This document shows, in pieces, positions 24,328 to 36,067 of a DNA stretch of 64,000 nt. This stretch comes from Hormiphora californensis. Its lineage: Eukaryota > Animalia > Ctenophora. The position numbers and the translations under genes are program-made. The notes under the pieces were generated by a model. That model did not search any database. It was not told the origin of the DNA and saw only the letters and a list, made by a program, of their open reading frames with translations. Location: assembly GCA_020137815.1 (NCBI GenBank), contig CM035354.1:2170001-2234000 (forward strand), read 5' to 3'. How positions within the stretch are numbered: position 1 is the stretch's first letter; the number at the start of each line of letters is the position of its first letter.

Positions 24328-27300
24328 TCATAAAAAGTATTCCAACTGTGTTAATCCATTGTAAAGATTGTAAATCTGATTTGCTCGGATCTGTTTGTCC
24401 TTTTGTTTCTTCAAGTGTGTCATCCTTTCCTCGGGTAGCGGTTTACCCTTGTAACTCACAATAGCCGCCCGCAGTTTCTTAGCCACGTCCTTTGTTAACT
24501 TCTGGCTGAGGAGCTGGGGAGGCCGGTTCCCCTCTAGCGCCGGCCATGTTGGACCCACCGTGGTGGCTAACTCCCCTAGTTTGTCCACCACCTGAGTGTA
24601 GGTAAGGAGCCCCTCCGGGTCCGAGGTGGGGGTGACAGGGGGTGTAGAGCTTCCGCACTGGAATTGCTCATAGTTGGTGTTGTAGAAGTGCACCAGGTTG
24701 TTGAGGTGGGAGATATGGAGGGATTTGAAGACTACCTAGTCAGGGAGAGAGAGGAAATCTGAGTTGTAGCTGGTATTTGTCTCTGTCTCTCTGTCTCTAA
24801 CTCTGTCTCTAACTCACTCTCTCTGTTTCTGTCTCTGTCTCTGTCTCTCCATCTTCCCCTATGGCATATCTCCCTCTCTCTTACCCGGTAAAAAGACAGA
24901 AGGGCATGTTTCAGGACCCGTCGGATATCCACAGTTGTGGACTCGACACCTCCTCCCGCCTCCACAAAGATGTCTTTGTAAATTCCATACAGGAGAGGTA
25001 TTAGGCAGTCAACGACACACCGCGGTCCCAACTGAAACATACAAGAGAGGTATTAGGCAGTCAACGACACACCGCGGTCCCAACTGAAACATACAAGAGA
25101 GGTATTAGGCAGTCAACCACACACCGCGGTCCCAACTGAAACATACAGGAGAGGTATTAGGCAGTCAACCACACACCGCGGTCCCAACTGAAACATACAA
25201 GAGAGGTATTAGGCAGTCAACCACACACCGCGGTCCCAACTGAAACATACAAGAGAGGTATTAGGCAGTCAACCACACACCGCGGTCCCAACTGAAACAC
25301 AGCCATGGGGGTTGTACTATACTAGGTTGTACTGGGTTGTATTGTATTGTATTGTGTCAGGCGACTCAACAGCTAGGTTGTACTACTAGGTTCATCTTTT
25401 ATTCTAAAAATGCGTTAGTTAGGCGGGGGGGGGGTTAGGCGACTCAACAGCTGGGGTGAAGTTGCCTGGCTAGACTGTGTTTCGGGCGCCCCGCCCCCTT
25501 CCTTTGCAAATGTAAAGGGAGGGTTAGAACATAGCAAGGGTGAAGCTGCTTTGAAAACACTACATTACTGTCAGGCCAATGCTCTGACCGCGGGTCAGGC
25601 CAATGCTCTGACAGCTATGTTAGCACCCGGTGGGCGGACTCTAGTGCTAACGGACTCTTTATCTAAATTCAAGGCGGACTCTATATCTAAAAGCGGACTC
25701 TTTATCTACAGTTAGACTTTGAAAAAAATTTAGATAAAGAGTCCGCCCAGTGTAGACTTTTTAGATATAGAGTCCGCACTGTGTAGACTTTTTAGACATA
25801 GAGTCCCCTGGTACATTTTGGCGCCAAATCCCCCAACCCGGACTCTATGTCTAAAATCCTAAACCAACCCAAAACCTAACCCTAACCATAACCCTAACCC
25901 TAACCTCGAACCCAAATAATGGCCCTAACACTTCTCAATTAGTATAGAGGTACAGCAAACTCTCGTTTCCGGCCTAACGGCCGAAATCTCGAGTTCGCTG
26001 AGAATGGCGGACTCTATGTCTAATTTAGATTTATGTAGATATAGAGTCCGCTCTTTGTAGACTTTTTGGGGGGGGTCCAGCCCTAAAAAAAGCTAAACTA
26101 ACGGCCAAAATCAGGGTACCTTTAGCCTTTTTTAGCTTTTTTTAGCTTTTTTAAGGCTAAAAAAAGCTAAAAAAAGGCTAAAAAAAGCTAAAATTGAGAT
26201 TTTAGTGGATTCATATAGGTTCGAATCCCGCTGACGCCAAATTTTTTAAACTTTTATTATAACGTTTTATAACGTTTTTTGAACTTTTTTAAAACTATTT
26301 TTATCAAATTTGAATAATATTTTTATCGAAAAAATGTCTCCAGAAAATGGCAGTAGGGGTGGATACAGAAATTGCTATGTATGGACATAAACGGTAGATT
26401 ATGGTAAAAAAATGTGCAGGAAATGAACAAATGCAGTCAATAGACGTCCGGAAGGATGAAAATTTAATGGAAAAGTGTCAAGATGAATGCTGAAAAAACA
26501 TAAAAAGTAGGGCTAAAAAAAGCTAAAAAAAGCAATCGACCAAAATCAGGGTACCTTTAGCTTTTTTTAGGGCTGGACCCCCCCCCCCCCCCCCCCCCCC
26601 CACTTTTTAGATAAAGAGTGTTGTAACCAGGCAACCTCGTGATTTAACCTCAAGTATTATATTATGTCTCTGTTACTGATAACAATTCACTTCGCATTCT
26701 CGTTATCGCAATACGCTTGTCTTCAACTTTGTCAAACCATAACAATTGGAGCCTGAGTACTAAAAACCCAATATGTCCGAGGACTATAAGTCCAAGTTAG
26801 AGGCATTTATTTCTAACCATCCTACACTAAAGGATGAGATCGAAGCACTTGTTCAACCTCCTAATCCTACTATTGAACAAGACTCGGTTAATGCGATTGC
26901 CTCCGCATTGAATTCGTTTTCGTTTGCTAACCAACTGCCCTCATTTAACAAAGGCGACAGTTTTCCAACTCATTGTAACCGATTTTCTGAACATGTGGAA
27001 ATTTCTCAAACTCCACCCACTCAGCAGTTTGCTTTGTTTCTAACTTCTATCAAGTGTGATCAAACCTACGCCTTGGTAAGAAATGCTAACATTCTAGAAA
27101 ACGTGAAGTTGGATCACGTTCAATTCCTAAAACGTCTAAAAGACATCATTTACGGAGAGCAACGTTTCTCACTCCGTAACAGTCTACTAGACTGTACTCA
27201 GAAATCATCAGAAACTGTTTCTGAGTATGTTTTCAGGCTAAGACAGAAAGCAGAATTAGCCTATCCTTCAGACCAGGAGCTGGCCAATGACAGTTGCCTG

Positions 27301-30300
27301 ATGGTATTCCTAAGGGGTCTCAACGATCCTGAAATCCGGCGAAAGCTGAATGAGAACTCTTCTATAACAGTTTTCACAGATGCAGTGCGTGAAGCCCGCA
27401 ATTTGGAAAGGGTGGCTAAACAGTTCAACCCTAATTCTACTACTACAAGCTCTGACGCAGAGGCAACTGGTAGTATCCTAAAATCTGAGGTAAGGTTTTC
27501 AAAATCATCTCATTCTAAACTTTCTAAAAGAAAGGTTACACCTTTCAACTCTGACAATTCTGATTCCGATCAAGATAGTCATTTTAGCTACAAGGGTAGA
27601 CACCCAACCATTTCGCCAAGTTATAACAGCGGCGTGTTTCTATCATTTGGTTTATTCCAATAAATAATTAGGATCTGACTAATTATTTTACTAACTATAC
27701 TATCTTACTATACTATCCTATCTTAATGTTAATTAATTTATAAATTAATTATTCTACTACTAATTATACAATTAATTATACTAACTAAATATTCTACTAA
27801 CCACATTCTACCCACGTTTAGTCATAAATTAACTTTCCTACTAACCACATTCTACAATCTATAACCATATTAATTAGAAATTTTTGTTAGAAAGAGTGAG
27901 ATATATTATCAATCATTAACTTATAATAGACTTATTAATTTTTAGACATTTTTAGAGAAAAGAGTGATAAATGTGAAATTTTTATTCAATCCATGATCCC
28001 GTTTGGTCCATGATCCCGAAATTCCTCACCATGTCGGAGTCAGGCGAATTCCTGTCGACGTCCTATCTAATCCAACATAGTCCTTCTGGTCTTCATTTTT
28101 CTACAAAAATACCTCATCTCCCTCAAAAAGACAATATTTTATGTGTGATAGACAATTTTTCAAATTTAACTATTTTTTTATTATAACTAAGATCTTTTTT
28201 TTTTGAGAGAGGATTTGTTGTAACCAGGCAACCTCGTGATTTAACCTCAAGTATTATATTATGTCTCTGTTACTGATAAAAATTCACTTCGCATTCTCGT
28301 TATCGCAATACGCTTGTCTTCAACTTTGTCAAACCATAACAAGAGTCCGCCCTGTTTAGACTTTTTAGAGATAGAGTCCTCCTAGAGTTTAGACTTATTT
28401 GGACTCTTTATCTAAATCTAAATTTAGATATAGAGTCCACTGTAGACTTAGAGTGTAGCACTAGAGTCCGCACACCGTTAGCACCCCTATCGGCATATAT
28501 ATGCCGCACGTACAGTTAGGGGGTCACAGTTGTTGTATAGCACCCCCCCCCACTCCGTTTTAGGAGAGGGGGGTCAAACAGTACCTTTGCAAGGAGGGTA
28601 GTACTTCCCAGTGCACTGAGGGATAACTCATCACTCTCTATCGTCTCCACACAAAACCTGTGTAAAGAAGTGCGATACTCATACATGTTATAATTGGGAG
28701 ATTTGGGTAATATTTCAGGGCGGAGCAGAGTATTTCCGGCAGAGCAGCCAGAGCAGCAACCAAGAAACTAAAACTAGCCTACCTTTGAAACACACCTCCC
28801 TGATACTAACCAACCTCCCCTGAAACGCACCTTGTGTATTTATCATAAAAGCTGTTGCTGGCCTCGTTGTACTTTAAGATGATGAACGCTGCTACATCTG
28901 AACTGTGCTCTATGACCTGCAGAATATTACATTGGTTCAGAACCGAAACAAGTAAACAACCAATCAGAACTCGTTATTTAGGTCACGTGACTGGTTATCA
29001 GCCAATCAGGGACCAGTATTTCCTGATTCGGTCGGTTCCTGGTTCAGAACTTCGTGTGGCTCATACTATACTGTCAGCACGCTCTGTGAGGGTTTGGTAG
29101 ATCTAACAGAACTGAGCCATCATTCCCTCTTGCCGAATCTGACTTGAGTATTCCACAAAGGCCCGATATGAGAGCCGGCAGACTGGTAACCATGATAACC
29201 ATGGTAACCATGATAACCATGGTAACCATGATAACCATGGTAACCATGGTAACCATGGTAACACTTCACAATCTAACCAACCTGGTGGGTATCCTGAGTA
29301 CACTCCCTGCTCCCGGTCCAATCACAGCACATAGTATAACACTCATTTAACAGGTTATGAACATAAGGCTCCAAGAACACCCTGTCATTCAGCAGCAAGT
29401 TCTTGTACACCAACAATAATGTGACGGTGTTCCCAGAGTGTGTGATGTTATCACGGAGACGGGTGTCTACAAATTGTAACAAGTGGGCCGCTACCACGGT
29501 CACTCTGGCTCCTGTTCTTAGTTCAGCGAGTGCCTCCTCCCTCTCCTCTCGCTCTTGTGATGTGATCTGTTTTGTGAGTTGGGTCAGGTATCGGTACGCT
29601 GCTGGAGAGAGTGTTTCCGCGGGGCCTGATGGAACTTCCGATGTGATTGAGATCTCGAGGGTGATGGGCGAGAGAGGTTTTAGATCCAGGTCATCGGGCT
29701 TGTTTATGAAGTCGTACAGATCAATTTCTGTTGTGGGTGATAGGAAAAGGGGCTCGGGTGTCCCGGATATGGGGACAGGAGGGTGCGAGGTAGTCGGGGC
29801 GGGGGTTGAGTTGGGGAGACCCAGTAACTCTACTGCATATGATATGTGTTCTTCTGTCAGCTCGTCACTCCCCTCCGCTCTTTGTAACGTTCGGGCTGTC
29901 CTAGGAAGGAGGAGGATTGGCAGTTAGGTTATTGTAACGTTCGGGCTGTCCTAGGAAGGAGGGGGATTGGCAGTTAGGATATTGTATGACTCTGATACGC
30001 ACCGCCAGTTCAAAAGAACGAGAAGTTTAGTAACCGAATTACCTAGATAATCAGCCCATTATGGGATAACTGGTGTAACTAGTGTAGTATCAAACTCATC
30101 GGATGAGTCTCACCTGGTAATAAATAATTACACTTATATATCAGTGACAAATCAGATTCAGTCATTACTAACTTTATAACTGTCTGAATATTGTATGTTG
30201 TGTCCTCACAGAGCCTTTCAATAACTGTCCTATCAGGTAGGTGTGCTCCCACCTCCCCAGCAGCCTTCTCGACCGTACACTCTGGTACAAGAACATGTAA

Positions 30301-30303
30301 CAT
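24328..30303 (-). CDS. TAF6L/TAF6-like histone-fold + HEAT protein (SAGA/TFIID), multi-exon
   Basis: N-terminal histone fold (PECTVEKAAGEVG..RLCEDTTYNIQTVIK|TARTLQRA..ELTEEHISYAVEL); HEAT region LSPAAYRYLTQL..EEREEALAEL..LLLVYKNLLLNDRVFLEPYVHNLL; ..LAK|LGPRCVVDCLIP. Exon phases join consistently. Divergence favours TAF6L, but this is not proven. Confidence 0.8.
24990..25300. repeat. Six copies of a 52-bp unit comprising the acceptor and start of a TAF6L-like exon
   Basis: Minus-strand unit TTGGGACCGCGGTGTGTGGTTGACTGCCTAATACCTCTCTTGTATGTTTCAG. Confidence 0.92.
26068..26601. mobile_element. Poly-G/poly-C-ended TIR element
   Basis: Gn-TCCAGCCCTAAAAAAAGCTAAA ... TTTAGCTTTTTTTAGGGCTGGA-Cn; flanked by ACTTTTT on both sides. 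Confidence 0.75.
26619..28341 (+). mobile_element. Gag-only LTR retroelement (Ty3/gypsy-like)
   Basis: 126-bp LTRs TG..CA at 26619-26744 and 28216-28341 differing at one base; TSD AGAG; candidate PBS TGGAGCCTGAG; PPT GAGAGAGG. Confidence 0.92.
26773..27663 (+). CDS. Retrotransposon Gag/capsid-like protein, 296 aa
   Basis: Major-homology-like motif CTQKSSETVSEYVFRLRQKAELAY followed by FLRGLNDPEIRRKL; lies between the LTRs. Confidence 0.88.
   Translation: MSEDYKSKLEAFISNHPTLKDEIEALVQPPNPTIEQDSVNAIASALNSFSFANQLPSFNKGDSFPTHCNRFSEHVEISQTPPTQQFALFLTSIKCDQTYALVRNANILENVKLDHVQFLKRLKDIIYGEQRFSLRNSLLDCTQKSSETVSEYVFRLRQKAELAYPSDQELANDSCLMVFLRGLNDPEIRRKLNENSSITVFTDAVREARNLERVAKQFNPNSTTTSSDAEATGSILKSEVRFSKSSHSKLSKRKVTPFNSDNSDSDQDSHFSYKGRHPTISPSYNSGVFLSFGLFQ
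28943..29041 (+). mobile_element. hAT-type MITE (copy 2, left TIR truncated)
   Basis: Same internal sequence as copy 1; flanking direct repeat GTTCAGAA. Confidence 0.85.
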
Positions 30304-30643
30304 ATCCACTACAATTTAGTAATTAATTAATGGGATGATGAAGTTATTTGGTTAGGAAGATTAATATCAACGTGGGGAGGGTAAATCTGGGTAATTAGGG
30401 TAATTAGGGACTGAGAGAAATGGGGGAAAAAACACAAAACAAGGCATTTTAATTAACAATGTTCTCTGGACATGGACTCAAAGTGTACAACAAATAATCA
30501 TGCTCGACATGTGTGATACAATATAAGAAACACTTGACAATCAAAAAACTACTAAACCCCAAACTAAAATAGTTACTAGTTAGTGACTATAACAGTTACT
30601 AATTAGCGACTAAAGCAGCTACTAATTACTAATTATATATTCA

Positions 30644-33600
30644 CTACAGCTTCGAGAAGTTTAAATTAGTCCTAAAATCATCCAAAAAGCGGGAGATTTC
30701 AGTTTCACGAGCCAGTCTCTTTGTGTGGTAGGTCAGCGATAGAAAGACATTCTCATCCAGGATACACAAGAAATACGTCCTGGAATATAACATATGTTTG
30801 GTTGGATGATCATGATGATGATGTAATACCTCCCCCCGCCCCCCCCCCTTCTTAACTTGCGCCTCCTAAACCATGTTCAATAACTTAAATTGCCCCACTC
30901 TCCCGTCCCGGTTATATCACCCAGCTCAATTTCACTACCTGGCACTGCTTGTATATCCCCCTAGTCCACCTTCCCGCATTGTACCACCTAGTCCACATTC
31001 CCGCATTGTACCACCTAGTCCACATTGTACCACCTAGTCCACATTCCTGCATTGTACCCTCTAGTCCACCTTCCCGCATTGTACCCTCTAGTCCACCTTC
31101 CCACATTGTACCACCTAGTCCACCTTCCCACATTGTACCACCTAGTCCACCTTCCCGCATTGTACCCTCTAGTCCACCTTCCCACATTGTACCACCTAGT
31201 CCCGGCACACTAACTATATATTTATTGAGTACCCCAATTCAATTACTCAACAACTATCTATAATCATACTGCAGGTACTAACTTGTTCTTTCTATCGTCA
31301 TAAAGGTAAGGTTGGAAGTTCTTGGTGATAACATTGTTGTACAGGAACACAATGCTCTTCTTATCCTCAGGGTCAGGCTCGTTAAGATGGATCTTACCAG
31401 TGTGGTGCAACACCTCAAACCTATCACTGTAATCCCTGTGATGAATACAAACACATAGTTCACAAACGTATTCAGCAGGAACCGACCGAAACAAGTAAAC
31501 AACCAATCAGAACTTGTTATTTAGGTCACGTGACTGGTTATCAGCCAATCAGGGACCAGTATTTCCTGATTCGGTCGGTTCCTGGTATTCAGTGATGTGG
31601 GACACGTAGGACTGGGAGAAGATAAGGTAGCTAACTAGAAACAAAGTGTTTATGCGTCGACAATACAATGTACATGCACTATATGTATAGTAAATACCCC
31701 ACACGCTAAATCAAGCTGACACACACACTCCCTCACCCGCTGCCGCCACTGTCAGTAGCTGGGGTACTACTACGTGCAGTTCTGATAGGGGGCACACATT
31801 TATAGAGTTGAGAGGTTGATATATATTACCTTACTCTCGTTAATTAAGCTCGCATATTTCAAGAAACTTTTAAATAAGAAACTTTTTTTCTAGGAAACTA
31901 CAGGTGTAATGTGTGATCTACATTTGAAAAGTTTCTTATAAAAAAGTTTCTTACTAAAGCGTTTCTTAAAAAACGAGAGTAAGGTATTCTGTCTGGCGCC
32001 GCGTGAACCCCATCTCAGAATCAAAACAGGGTCAGACAGATATTATTAGACAATTTACAGAAACATGTTACTTACTGTGGCTGATCTGGCCTGAAAAGAA
32101 GGGACATGTGTTAAAAGTGTGTTACACGTGTGTTTTAAGCACGTTTCCCCACTTTGGGACTGTTCAAGGATCAGGAACGTGATGTGTTCTAACCAGGAAC
32201 CGACCGAATTAAGTAAACAACCAATCAGAGCTCGTTATTTAGGTCATGTGACTGGTTATCAGCCAATCAGGGACCAGTATGTCCTGATTCGGTCGGTTCC
32301 TGGTTCTAACCCTCCTTTACGGCGCAGAAAGAGAGGTAATTCGAACAAGGGAAGAACTTGCTTTAGTTCGAACAAGGGAAGAACTTGCTTTAGTTCGAAC
32401 CAGACTCGCTCAATTATTCTTACCGTTGAGATTTAAAGAGTTTGCAACCATGGCCCACAAATGTAATGTTCGTCGTGTTGAGGAGCAGAGTGGCACTATG
32501 TGCCCTCGTCTTTCTACAAAAGTCTGACAGTTTCGCTCGATAATCTACCACCTGGACAGTTGTACTGGGCCTGATAGACCTGAGAGGAGTGTGTGTGTGT
32601 GTCACGTGATTAAATATGACCATATATGGGCTTCACGTGGGGTAGTTGAACTTACTTCTTGTTTCCCAGTTCAAAGAGAGTCTTTGAGAAGTAGAGAGTG
32701 AACTTGGATAGGAGCATTTCGTACATCCTCCAGAACCATTTGTATAACTCGGGATACTCCTCCTGGAATTAAATGTATAATCAATTAACAACGCGATGGT
32801 TAATATATTCAACTTGTAAACTAATAAATCACTGCGCTGGCAAGCGCAAAGGTGACCACCACCTCCCCCCAGCCGCGCGTGCCAGAAAGCAATAATAAGT
32901 TTTTTCAGTTTTTAGCCAAAAATGGCATTTTGCGACGCCCATAGCGAGGCCCCCACTGCACCAATCGGTCTGAAATTTGGTATACAGTGTCACGTAGACT
33001 AGATCTACTGGAGTTTAAAAGGGCAAGTCTCTATCTCTTTTAGTTGTAGAGTTATGACATGGTGAAAAAAGCAATAAATGTCCGTGTCTATATATGTACA
33101 TCACTGCGCTGGCAAGCGCAAAGGTTGCCATTCCCCCTCCCCCCAAAGCGCTGCCAGAAACGCAGTTATACATTTTATGGGTGTTTTGGCTGAAAACCAA
33201 GATTTCAGAAGGCTATAGCGTGGCCCCCTTTCATCCGTTTGACTTGAAATTTGGAATGTATACCCGGCTTGGGGTCATTGACTCAAGTTTAAAATTTCAA
33301 GTCTCTATCTCATCTGGAACCGAAGTTACAGACAGGTCCCATTTGCCGAAGATTCAGTGTAACGGACGCGCGCGCGCGTAGGAGAGACGCTTTTTTTGAA
33401 CACGATTCTGAACAAACGGAAAAAGATAGAGACTTCTCGTTTTTACTAGCTTGTACATGTACTCGATTATTGTGTTATTAGCGGGGTGAGGTTTTCCATC
33501 ATACCCAGGAACGTCCTACAGAACGTCTTAAAGTCGTCACTTTTCATAACTTCTTTGAGCTCAATTTACACCCAGAAGATGGATTCTAATCGAAAAACGA

Positions 33601-35983
33601 AGACTATATCATGGAAAGAGAATTGTCTGAACTTTCAGAAACTATATTGCGAATTTTTAAAACTAGACGTATAAGGGTCTTAAAACGCGTCTAAAGTGTT
33701 ATGACTGTTTAAAAATAGATATGACGATATGGGTTTTTTCGCCATAGCGGACTCAAATCTCATCCAATCGATCTCAAACTTGGTCAGTATTTTCATCTAG
33801 GTAATCCCGATGATATTACGTCATCATTATGACGTCATAACGTCGTGACGTCATTTTATGACGTCAAAAATGAAAATTTTGCAATTTCGCGATTCCATCC
33901 TCTCCGTACCTGTTCTACTACATGTAAATGGATAAAAAAAATCCCAAAAATGATGCAAATTATACCAAAACTAATTGTAATTAGTAGGCCGGAAAGGTTG
34001 CCCTATGATTTGAGCTACCTTTGGCACCAGTAAATTCCCTTTTGAAGATAGAAGAAGCATCTGTTATACCCTGTCTGTACCCCGTGAATGTTATGGTGGC
34101 AAAGGTAGCTCAAATCATAGGGCAACCTTTCCGGCCTACTAATTACAATTAGTTTTGGTCACTGCGCTGGCAAGCGCAAAGGTTGCCATTCCCCCTCCCC
34201 CCAAAGCGCTGCCAGAAACGCAGTTATACATTTTATGGGTGTTTTGGCTGAAAACCAAGATTTCAGAAGGCTATAGCGTGGCCCCCTTTCATCCGTTTGA
34301 CTTGAAATTTGGAATGTATACCCGGCTTGGGGTCATTGACTCAAGTTTAAAATTTCAAGTCTCTATCTCATCTGGAACCGAAGTTACAGACAGGTCCCAT
34401 TTGCCGAAGATTCAGTGTAACGGACGCGCGCGCGCGTAGGAGAGACGCTTTTTTTGAACACGATTCTGAACAAACGGAAAAAGATAGAGACTTCTCGTTT
34501 TTACTAGCTTGTACATGTACTCGATTATTGTGTTATTAGCGGGGTGAGGTTTTCCATCATACCCAGGAACGTCCTACAGAACGTCTTAAAGTCGTCACTT
34601 TTCATAACTTCTTTGAGCTCAATTTACACCCAGAAGATGGATTCTAATCGAAAAACGAAGACTATATCATGGAAAGAGAATTGTCTGAACTTTCAGAAAC
34701 TATATTGCGAATTTTTAAAACTAGACGTATAAGGGTCTTAAAACGCGTCTAAAGTGTTATGACTGTTTAAAAATAGATATGACGATATGGGTTTTTTCGC
34801 CATAGCGGACTCAAATCTCATCCAATCGATCTCAAACTTGGTCAGTATTTTCATCTAGGTAATCCCGATGATATTACGTCATCATTATGACGTCATAACG
34901 TCGTGACGTCATTTTATGACGTCAAAAATGAAAATTTTGCAATTTCGCGATTCCATCCTCTCCGTACCTGTTCTACTACATGTAAATGGATAAAAAAAAT
35001 CCCAAAAATGATGCAAATTATACCAAAACTAATTGTAATTAGTAGGCCGGAAAGGTTGCCCTATGATTTGAGCTACCTTTGGCACCAGTAAATTCCCTTT
35101 TGAAGATAGAAGAAGCATCTGTTATACCCTGTCTGTACCCCGTGAATGTTATGGTGGCAAAGGTAGCTCAAATCATAGGGCAACCTTTCCGGCCTACTAA
35201 TTACAATTAGTTTTGGTATAATATAATACATACATACATACATATAGACGCTTTTTTACACAATTTGCAGACAATTTTCTGGAAAAACTACAAGAGATAG
35301 ACACTTCTCGTTTGTTGCATTCGAAAGATAATCGTTTGAATTGTGTTATTGGAGGGTTTTCATGTTCTATGTCTAACCAGAACGTCCTTAAAAACTGTCA
35401 TAAAGTTAAGACATTTTTCAAATCGACCAAATTTCTTTGAGCTCAATTTACACCCTGAAGACGGCTTCTGATTGAAAAATGGAGACCACACTTATGAAAG
35501 ATAATCGTCTAAACTTTCAGAAACTATATTGTGAATTTGTGAAACTCTATTTCAAAGGGTCTTAAATCGCGTCTGAAGTTTTAAGACTGTATGAAAATAG
35601 ATATGACGATAGTGCGTTTTTCGCCTTAGCGACCTCAAATCTTGTCCAATCGATCTCAAACTTGGTCAGCATCTTTATCTAGATGAGCCTGATAATAATT
35701 TTTCACTAGCAAGACGTTATTACGTCGTGACGTCACACTATGACGTCAAAATGACGTCAAAATTTAAATTTTCGTATTTTAGCGATTTCTGACGGTCTTT
35801 ACAAGTTCTGCTACGTCCAGACATGTCTTACATCGTATTTCACATCAGAAAATACCAAAAATAGACCTAAATTATGCCAAAAACTAACAGAAATTAGTTG
35901 GCTGGAAAGGTGACCACTTTTATTGTCAAACTTACACCTTTGCCCGGCCCGGGTTACGGAAATAGAGGGAAAGGGAGAGAGAA

Positions 35984-36067
<84 letters not shown>

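Larger units (their letters stand above)
25628..28477. mobile_element. TIR element with subterminal GCGGACTCTWTATCTA repeats and a CCCTAA tract; hosts two nested insertions
   Basis: TIR CGGTG(G/T)GCGGACTCTAGTGCTA; TSD parses as 8 bp TTAGCACC or 10 bp GTTAGCACCC (MULE-like). Confidence 0.8.

Noticed and set aside
24990-25300. CRISPR-like appearance of regular repeats (also 36670-36840 and 63051-63250)
   Set aside because: No unique spacers, no cas genes, eukaryotic context.
26200-26240. tRNA-like GGTTCGAATCCCGCTGACGCCA
   Set aside because: Only a T-arm/B-box and 3' end; I could not build a cloverleaf, and it lies inside a TIR element.
29060-29185. Possible extra TAF6L-like exon
   Set aside because: The flanking exons join directly in phase 0 (THQ|VIEHSS) and fit the TAF6 pattern without it.
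31264-31640. hAT MITE apparently interrupting a KICS2 exon
   Set aside because: A phase-compatible acceptor (CACAG near 31437) places the MITE in the intron.
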